This document shows positions 15,538 to 21,504 of a stretch of DNA of 21,504 nt, piece after piece. A program made the translations under genes and the position numbers. The notes below the pieces were generated by a model. The model was not told the origin of the DNA. It saw only the letters and a program-made list of their open reading frames with translations, and made no database searches. This stretch comes from Candidatus Hadarchaeota archaeon (GTDB lineage Archaea > CAYQAE01 > CAYVLA01). How positions within the stretch are numbered: position 1 is the stretch's first letter; each line of letters begins with the position of its first letter. The DNA lies in contig CAYVLA010000052.1 of the NCBI GenBank assembly GCA_964452145.1, positions 1 through 21,504 of the forward strand, written 5' to 3'.

Positions 15538-18228
15538 CTACTCGATGGAAAGGGTCACTTTGACGAGGGAGGGATCCAAGGCCTCAATGTTGAAGCCCAT
15601 CTCACGGCAGATATGAAGCATACGTTCGTTCTCCATCTGAACCAGACCCCATATGGCCGACAGCTTCATGTCCTCCGCGATGCCCATGATCTTGTCAACC
15701 AGCTTGGTTCCCAGTCCCAGGTTCTGCCACGGATCGCCAACCAGCACCGCAAACTCACCTGACTCGCCTCCCGGGTCAACCAACAGCCTTCCGACTCCGA
15801 TGATCCTCTTTCTGCCCTTCTGCACCATCTCCCCTACGATGGCCATCTCGCGCCGGTAGTCTATGTTCGTGTAGCGAACAAGATCGGCATGGGTGAGTCT
15901 CTTTATGGGTCCGAAGAATCTGGACCGCCGCGTGTCTTCCGAAAGCACTTCAAAAAGCTCCGACTGAAGTGGTTCGTCCTCGGGTCTAATCGGCCTGAGG
16001 GTGACCAATCGCCCATCACGAAGCGCCCACTGCTCCACATACTTGCGAGGATAGGGTTCGATGACCAGATGGGAGTGCGGCTCCACCTCCTGAGTGGCAA
16101 GATCGAGGTCGATTAGTATCCTCGCGTCTAGCGCGATGAACTCGTTCCCCACAACTGCCAGCGGGTTGATATCCACCTCTCTTATCTCGGGAAAATCTAT
16201 GATCATCTGGGAGAAACGCACGAGGTACTCCTCCAAGAGCGCAAGGTTCACCGGCGGCTTGTTGCGATAGCCTTGCAGGAGGGAGTACACCTTGGTTTGT
16301 TCCATTAGCCTTCTGGCGAGCACCCGGTTCAGAGGCGGCAGCCCCACGGCTATGTCCCGGTATATTTCGACCCCCGTTCCCCCCTGCCCGAACATTATCG
16401 CCGGTCCAAACGTCGGGTCCCTCTTGCACCCCAGGATCAACTCGTAATCGATGTCGGATATCATTCTCTGAACCGAAACCCCGTCGAGTCTGGCGGCGGG
16501 GTTGTGTTTCCTGGCGCTGGTGAGGATTTCATTGTAGGCCTGCTTGACATCCTCCCCGCCGTTCAGCGCCAGGATCACTCCACCACAATCACTCTTGTAG
16601 GTTATGTCCGGCGAATGAACCTTGAGCACGACCGGAAAACCCAAGGCGCAGGCAACGTTGGCCGCCACCGAGGCATCCTCAGCTAGGTGGGTATCGACGG
16701 CTGGGATGCCGTAGGTCTGCAGGAACTTCTTGGACTCCCGTTCGGTGAGGATCTGACGACCGCTCCGGGCTATTCTCGCCATCATCGCTCTGAGATGGTT
16801 TCTGGGCGGAATCGCGTCAACGGGCAGCTCCTCCGGGGTCTGGTAGAGTTGCTCCAGGTTTCTCGAGTACTGGCAGAGGTACATGTACGATTTCACAGCT
16901 CGCTCTGGTGAGGAATAGGCGGGAACCCTCATCTGACGCAGTACTTGGAGGCCCTTCTCAACCTTCCTGCCACCTAGGAGTGAAGCTAGAACCGGCTTGT
17001 GGGTTGTTCTAGCGTGCTCGACTATTGCCTTCGCTACCTCTTCCGAGGATGCCTGCCCCTGCGGCGTGTATACGACCAGCACGCCGTCGACCCCCTTGTC
17101 CTTCAGGCACGAGTCGATCGCCATCCGGTACCTCTCGCCGTCCGCATCGCCCGCGATATCAACAGGATTCCTCTTGGTCGCATGGGCCGGCAAGACCTCC
17201 GACAGGCACCTCATCGTCTCCCTCGAGAGGCTCGCCAGCACCCCGCCCCTCTCCAGCAGGAGGTCGGTGGCCATGATGGCTGGTCCACCCGCGTTGGTTA
17301 TGATGGACAGCCTTGGCCCTTTGGGTGGATTCTGGGTATCCAGGATCTCGGAGACATTGAACAAGTCTTCTATCTCGTCCACCCGCGTTATGCCGATCCT
17401 CTGAAATGCGGCGTCGTATACCTTGTTCTCGTCGGTCAGCGAGCCAGTATGGGAGCTTGCGGTGTGCGAGGCCGCCGCCTCTGCGCTCTCGGCATACTTG
17501 CCGGATTTGATGGCAACCATGGGCTTGGTCCGCGAGAAACCCCTTGAAGCGCTCATGAAGCTCCGAGCATCCTTCACGGATTCTATGTACATCAAAATGC
17601 TTCTTGTCTGCGGATCCTGGCCGAAATAGTCAATCAGATCACCGAAGTTAACGTCAAGCATATTCCCTAGGGAGACGAAACTGCTGAAGCCGATCCCTGC
17701 CTCTATGGACCAGTCAAGGATTGCAGATCCAAGAGCTCCGCTCTGGGATATCAGTGCGATCTTGCCTTCACGGGGCATCTGGTCGACGAAGCTTGCATTG
17801 AGACAAATGGATGGAACGATCAATCCAAGACAGTTCGGACCCAGTACTCTCATTCCGTGCTTCCGTCGTGCCGCGTCGATTCTCTGCTCGAGAAGGACTC
17901 CTTTCGGGCCGGTTTCCCTGAATCCCGCCGAGATTATGACCACAGCTGGTATACCGACCATTCCGCAGCCATCCACTATGTCGGGCACGGTCTGGGCGGG
18001 CGTTGCGATGATGGCTAGGTCAACACCGGCTGCCAGCTGCCTGACATCGGGAAGGCACTCGGCGCCGAACACTTGCGAGTGCCTTGGGTTGACAGGCACA
18101 ACCTGCCCTTTGAATGTGCCCACAAGGTTCTGGGTTATGGTGCGTCCCACAGAGCCCTGCTCCTCGCTCGCTCCCACGACCGCCACGGATTGCGGTCTGA
18201 ACATCCTGTCCAAGTTCTCGGCCGACAT
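15538..18228 (-). CDS. Bifunctional acetate--CoA ligase (ADP-forming)-like / C-terminal GNAT N-acetyltransferase (Pat/YfiQ-type architecture)
   Basis: FRPQSVAVVGAS, ISAGFRE, RVLGPNCLG, SQSGALG, SHTGSL, TNAGGP, NPVD, ATP-grasp GFPVVLKV.SPDI.YKSD.GGV.L, DINPL. C-terminal GNAT: LRPIRPED, RFF, GEFAVLV.D.WQ..GLG..L. Start set at ATG 18228 (MSAENLD), about 35 nt below an ATTAATAT box. Confidence 0.9.
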   Translation of the reverse strand: MSAENLDRMFRPQSVAVVGASEEQGSVGRTITQNLVGTFKGQVVPVNPRHSQVFGAECLPDVRQLAAGVDLAIIATPAQTVPDIVDGCGMVGIPAVVIISAGFRETGPKGVLLEQRIDAARRKHGMRVLGPNCLGLIVPSICLNASFVDQMPREGKIALISQSGALGSAILDWSIEAGIGFSSFVSLGNMLDVNFGDLIDYFGQDPQTRSILMYIESVKDARSFMSASRGFSRTKPMVAIKSGKYAESAEAAASHTASSHTGSLTDENKVYDAAFQRIGITRVDEIEDLFNVSEILDTQNPPKGPRLSIITNAGGPAIMATDLLLERGGVLASLSRETMRCLSEVLPAHATKRNPVDIAGDADGERYRMAIDSCLKDKGVDGVLVVYTPQGQASSEEVAKAIVEHARTTHKPVLASLLGGRKVEKGLQVLRQMRVPAYSSPERAVKSYMYLCQYSRNLEQLYQTPEELPVDAIPPRNHLRAMMARIARSGRQILTERESKKFLQTYGIPAVDTHLAEDASVAANVACALGFPVVLKVHSPDITYKSDCGGVILALNGGEDVKQAYNEILTSARKHNPAARLDGVSVQRMISDIDYELILGCKRDPTFGPAIMFGQGGTGVEIYRDIAVGLPPLNRVLARRLMEQTKVYSLLQGYRNKPPVNLALLEEYLVRFSQMIIDFPEIREVDINPLAVVGNEFIALDARILIDLDLATQEVEPHSHLVIEPYPRKYVEQWALRDGRLVTLRPIRPEDEPLQSELFEVLSEDTRRSRFFGPIKRLTHADLVRYTNIDYRREMAIVGEMVQKGRKRIIGVGRLLVDPGGESGEFAVLVGDPWQNLGLGTKLVDKIMGIAEDMKLSAIWGLVQMENERMLHICREMGFNIEALDPSLVKVTLSIE

Positions 18229-18261
18229 ATGAAGCCGATCTAGGATCGTAGGAGTTCCCGC

Positions 18262-18272
18262 CATATTAATCT
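18262..18272 (-). promoter_or_regulatory. TATA box of the acyl-CoA ligase/GNAT gene
   Basis: Minus strand GAGATTAATATG about 35 nt upstream of ATG 18228. Confidence 0.5.
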
Positions 18273-18363
18273 CATGGCCCTCTGCCCTGTCTTCCGGAGC
18301 CCCAGGAGCCGTGGAGAAGGCATGGAAGCTTGGCTTGTGCTGAGTCCCTTCTTGCACCTTCGT

Positions 18364-19491
18364 CTAGCTGCCCTTTGTGTGCGAGAACTCCTCAGCCGTT
18401 CTCCGTAGCAGCTCCTCCAGGCGATCGACATACTTTTCCCATGTGAGGTCTTTGACGCTCTCGGCGGCATTTCGAGAGAGCTCGGTCCTCCTTCCCTCAT
18501 CCAGGAGCTCCCTAATGCCCTGGCTCAGCGAATCAGCGGTCCTATTGCGCAGTATCGCATTGTAGCCATTCACCAGAATGCTGTCATATCCGAAGTCTGG
18601 GGCAACGACGGGAAGCCCACACGCAAGCGCCTCGTAGCAGATCATCGTGAGGTCCCGCCTATACTCGTTGCCGATGAAGAGGAACAGATCGCTGCTCGCG
18701 AACAGATCCTCGATGTTGCTCATGAAGCCCCCCGTGTAGGTCAGATTCGGCACGTCGAGATCCTCTATGTAGCTCCTCTGCGGACCATCCCCGGCCACCA
18801 GGAAATGCACCTCCCCCGCAAGCCGTCGGATGATATTCGCCAGGATGTCGACACCCTTCTGGTAGCTCAGCCTACCAGCGAAGGCGACTACGGGCCTGTC
18901 ATCGGGCAGTCCGAAATCGACCGAGCTTTGCCGATCGGGACGGAATCGCTCACGGTCTATGCCGAACTCCATCCTGTGATAGCGCTCGATCCCAAGCCGC
19001 TGCAGCTCCAAGCCCACCGTTCTGGATTCCAGTACCAGCGAGTCGCACTTAAGGTACAGCCTCTTTGAGTAGAAGTCCATGAGACGCTTCCACGGAGTGA
19101 ATAGGGATCTGAAAGCAGCGGCCATGCTGACGGACTCCAGGCAGTGGAGGAAGGCCACGATGGGCCTGCGATTGTGTTTGGCCGCGAACAATGCTATGGA
19201 TCCCAAAGGGGCGATTGACTGCAGGAAGACTATGTCATAGTCCATAACGACCTTCTTGGCCTCGCCGTAGGCGGGGAACGTGAAGTCGTACCCGTGTACA
19301 TTGATGTCTACGCTTCTTAGCCTATGGACTCTCAGCCCATTGATCTCTTCGGAACGATGCGATACATCGAAGCTAGGGCAAAGCACCCCGACATGGTTTC
19401 TCTTTGCCAAGAGCTTGGCCGTCTCATCGATGTACCTGACGACCCCATCGATTCTTGGGTGATAGGAGTCCGTCGCGTACAGGATCCTCAT
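18364..19491 (-). CDS. GT4 (GT-B) glycosyltransferase
   Basis: MRILYATDSYHPRIDGV, GIDRERFRP, FAGRLSYQKG, VAGDGPQR, EALACGLPVV, NGYNA. Start at ATG 19491 preferred; ATG 19533 is possible. Confidence 0.9.
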   Translation of the reverse strand: MRILYATDSYHPRIDGVVRYIDETAKLLAKRNHVGVLCPSFDVSHRSEEINGLRVHRLRSVDINVHGYDFTFPAYGEAKKVVMDYDIVFLQSIAPLGSIALFAAKHNRRPIVAFLHCLESVSMAAAFRSLFTPWKRLMDFYSKRLYLKCDSLVLESRTVGLELQRLGIERYHRMEFGIDRERFRPDRQSSVDFGLPDDRPVVAFAGRLSYQKGVDILANIIRRLAGEVHFLVAGDGPQRSYIEDLDVPNLTYTGGFMSNIEDLFASSDLFLFIGNEYRRDLTMICYEALACGLPVVAPDFGYDSILVNGYNAILRNRTADSLSQGIRELLDEGRRTELSRNAAESVKDLTWEKYVDRLEELLRRTAEEFSHTKGS

Positions 19492-19511
19492 TTCCGGAGC
19501 TACCGAAGAAG

Positions 19512-19535
19512 CGGACAAAAAAATCTTATTCATCG
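19512..19535. promoter_or_regulatory. Probable bidirectional archaeal promoter between GT4 and tsaC
   Basis: A single AT-rich patch, CAAAAAAATCTTATTCAT, in the 61-bp divergent gap, about 25 nt from both ATG 19491 (-) and ATG 19553 (+). Confidence 0.5.
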
Positions 19536-19552
19536 GGTGTCCCTGCCGTTCC

Positions 19553-20176
19553 ATGTCCATTGTGGCGCTCGGCCGAAACCAGGAAAACATCGCTGCCCGT
19601 GCCCGAAGAATACTGGGACGAGGAGGCTTGGTGGTCTACCCGACGGACACGGTCTACGGTCTAGGGGCTGATGCCAGGAGTCCTCACGCCGTCGAATCGT
19701 TGTACGTTGCCAAGGGTCGGCCAGCGGCGAAGCCCATATCCGTCGCCGTTCCCAGCTTGGTTGAGATGGGCAGATTGGGAGTTCTCGAACGCCGCCAGAG
19801 AGCAGTTCTCTCCGAGATACTTCCCGGCCCCTATACGGTCATACTCAGGTCGACAATGGAGCTGCCACATCTTACCTTTGACGGCCGGATCGGCCTCAGA
19901 ATGCCGGGCAACCCATTTTCCATTAAACTCTGCAGCGAATTCCCGATCACCTGCACCAGCGCGAATCTGTCCGGCCACCCCAGCCCGAGAACGGTGTCCG
20001 AGGTTACCGTCAAGGCGGACCTCGTCATCGACGGGGGTCCGGCCAGGTTCGGCATGGAATCCACGGTCGTTGACCTCTCCGGCGACCGACCCAGAATCCT
20101 GAGGAGAGGCGCTGGCCAAGCCTCTCTCTTGGAGCGCGCAATCAAGCACAGCGGCCTCCCGAACCCGCTTGGGTAG
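19553..20176 (+). CDS. tsaC: L-threonylcarbamoyladenylate synthase, single-domain YrdC/TsaC form
   Basis: VYPTDTVYGLG, KGRP..KP, LPGPYTVIL, IGLRMP, TSANLSG, STVVD; no C-terminal SUA5 domain. Confidence 0.93.
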   Translation: MSIVALGRNQENIAARARRILGRGGLVVYPTDTVYGLGADARSPHAVESLYVAKGRPAAKPISVAVPSLVEMGRLGVLERRQRAVLSEILPGPYTVILRSTMELPHLTFDGRIGLRMPGNPFSIKLCSEFPITCTSANLSGHPSPRTVSEVTVKADLVIDGGPARFGMESTVVDLSGDRPRILRRGAGQASLLERAIKHSGLPNPLG

Positions 20177-20219
20177 CACCTGCGGCTGTCGGTGGTGCTC
20201 CGGGAGACGCACCAGGATT

Positions 20220-20744
20220 TCAAGTAGTCTCGCCAAATCGCCCCAGCAGGACGTCGGCCAGCGCACGGCGCAGTTGGTCACCTGCCTGGCGGACGATCGG
20301 AGAGATGTCGTGGCCGAAGGTGCAATCAAGGACCTGTACTCCGAGCAGAAAGACATCAACATGCCGACCGATCTCATTGATGACGATCCTGGAGAGTACT
20401 GAGAGGGGAAGCCTGTGGCTGGAAACCGACCGGGAATCGACTTCCGAGATTTCGAGGAGGACCATCGTTCCTGCGGAGAGACCCATGTTGGCGGCGTCCA
20501 CGATTAAGAGATGGGACGCCTCATGGCGAACGATATCCGATACGAAGTTCTCAGGTACCTCTCCACAAGATAGGGCTACCACTGACGAGGGCAACGGCAG
20601 CATGGCAAGTCTGTTCACGACATCCAAGCCGATGGCGTCATCCCCACGCAGTTCATTGCCTACCCCGCAGACGGCCACCCGCGGGCTCTGGCCGAGCCTA
20701 TCTGAGATGATCGGGCGAAGTTCGCTGGTCGTGAGGATCCTCAC
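20220..20744 (-). CDS. hycI: Hydrogenase maturation endopeptidase (HycI-type)
   Basis: VAVCGVGNELRGDDAIG, GEVPENF, LLIVDAA.MG...G, SSHRLPLS, LLGVQ. True start is GTG 20744 after SD-like GAGGGGGA; the track extension to 21317 is antisense to the DUF1464 gene. Confidence 0.88.
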   Translation of the reverse strand: MRILTTSELRPIISDRLGQSPRVAVCGVGNELRGDDAIGLDVVNRLAMLPLPSSVVALSCGEVPENFVSDIVRHEASHLLIVDAANMGLSAGTMVLLEISEVDSRSVSSHRLPLSVLSRIVINEIGRHVDVFLLGVQVLDCTFGHDISPIVRQAGDQLRRALADVLLGRFGETT

Positions 20745-20876
20745 GCAAGATCCCCCCTCGGTCTGCGGAAAAATGTCATGGCGTTCAGGCCCAACGTGCG
20801 ATGGCGGATCCGGCAGGAGCAGGAACCAAGAACCAAGGGAATCTATTTCAGGGCAAACCCAGACCAACCCTGTCAG

Positions 20877-21504
20877 ATGAGCGGGGCACGGAAGTCGTTG
20901 GGGTTCGATCCCGGGAGTTCGTCCTGGAAGATCGCGGTAGTCGATGATCGGCAGGTCGTTTCCACCGAGAAGGTCGACACAGCCAGAATCTCTGCGGAAC
21001 CGGACCTCATCAGAGGGATCGTAGAGGCTCACATCGATGGCTTGGAAGCCATAGCCGCCCCATCCGGATTCGGCCTGCCTCTGACGACGATCGACAGAAT
21101 CGATCAGAACGATGTATTCCTGATGACTCTGAAAAGGGAAGAACCCAGCATGATTGGACTTGGAAAGGCCGTCTTCGTTCTGAAGGATATCCACGACCGC
21201 ACAGGGGTGCCGTGTTTTGTCCTTCCCTCGGTCAAGCACCTGGGCACGGTCCCGCGTTGGCGGAAGATCAACCGTATCGATCTGGGAACCTCGGACAAGC
21301 TGTGTGCAGCAGCCCACGCCCTTCAGAGGCTATCCGAAAGGCATTCCACGACCTACGGTGGCATAAGCTTCATCCTCAGCGAGGTCGGGCATCGATTCAC
21401 GAGCATGATATGCGTCAAGGAGGGAAGGATAGTGGACGGGATCGGTGGTACATGTGCTGGTTTCGGCACGATGGCAACGGGAGCTCTGGATGCCGAACTG
21501 GCCT
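20877..21504 (+). CDS. DUF1464 family protein (ASKHA/butyrate-kinase-like, COG2441), partial
   Basis: Manual translation: MSGARKSLGFDPGSSSWKIAVVDD...IAAPSGFGLP...LPSVKHLGTVPRWRKINRIDLGTSDKLC...FILSEVGHRFT....VKEGRIVDGIGGT....G....GALDAELA. Open to the window end; absent from the ORF track. Confidence 0.85.
   Translation, partial: MSGARKSLGFDPGSSSWKIAVVDDRQVVSTEKVDTARISAEPDLIRGIVEAHIDGLEAIAAPSGFGLPLTTIDRIDQNDVFLMTLKREEPSMIGLGKAVFVLKDIHDRTGVPCFVLPSVKHLGTVPRWRKINRIDLGTSDKLCAAAHALQRLSERHSTTYGGISFILSEVGHRFTSMICVKEGRIVDGIGGTCAGFGTMATGALDAELA

Noticed and set aside
1506..19500. GCTCCGG two bases before the ATG of both the ABC ATPase and GT4 genes
   Set aside because: Only a 7-mer in two places in GC-rich DNA; compatible with chance.
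643..21298. Numerous short overlapping or antisense ORFs in the track
   Set aside because: They are shadows of well-supported genes in high-GC DNA, with no recognisable motifs.
20745..21317. N-terminal extension of the 365-aa ORF 20220..21317
   Set aside because: It is antisense to the DUF1464 gene; protease homology and an SD-like site begin at GTG 20744.
1..21504. CRISPR array, rRNA or tRNA genes
   Set aside because: No regularly spaced repeats or RNA-gene consensus seen; intergenic gaps are short.

Overview
GC-rich archaeal DNA, judged from TATA/BRE-type promoters, H4MPT/methanofuran enzymes, DUF1464 and an HycI-type protease; no methanogenesis marker such as mcr or mtr is in the window. 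The left part has an ABC-2 exporter pair (-) and a decaying accessory block: a frameshifted dgoD-like pseudogene, an intact Fe-S aldo/keto reductase, a truncated etfB and an ISL3 remnant. The centre (4556-14474, +) is a tightly packed C1/redox operon: mtd, ftr, an HdrC-like 2x[4Fe-4S] domain fused to a GltD/SudA-like NAD(P)H flavoprotein, an hdrA-mvhD fusion, an fwdD-fwdB fusion, fwdA and fwdC. The operon has no hdrB and no fwdF/G. The main candidate novel system is an HdrA-based electron-bifurcating module whose HdrC arm ends in an NAD(P)(H) site instead of a heterodisulfide site, genetically coupled to formylmethanofuran dehydrogenase. The right part has rnz, an acyl-CoA ligase/GNAT fusion with a duplicated His motif, a GT4 glycosyltransferase, tsaC, a hycI-type protease and a DUF1464 gene running off the end. 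All family calls come from motif recognition by eye; no database searches were run.
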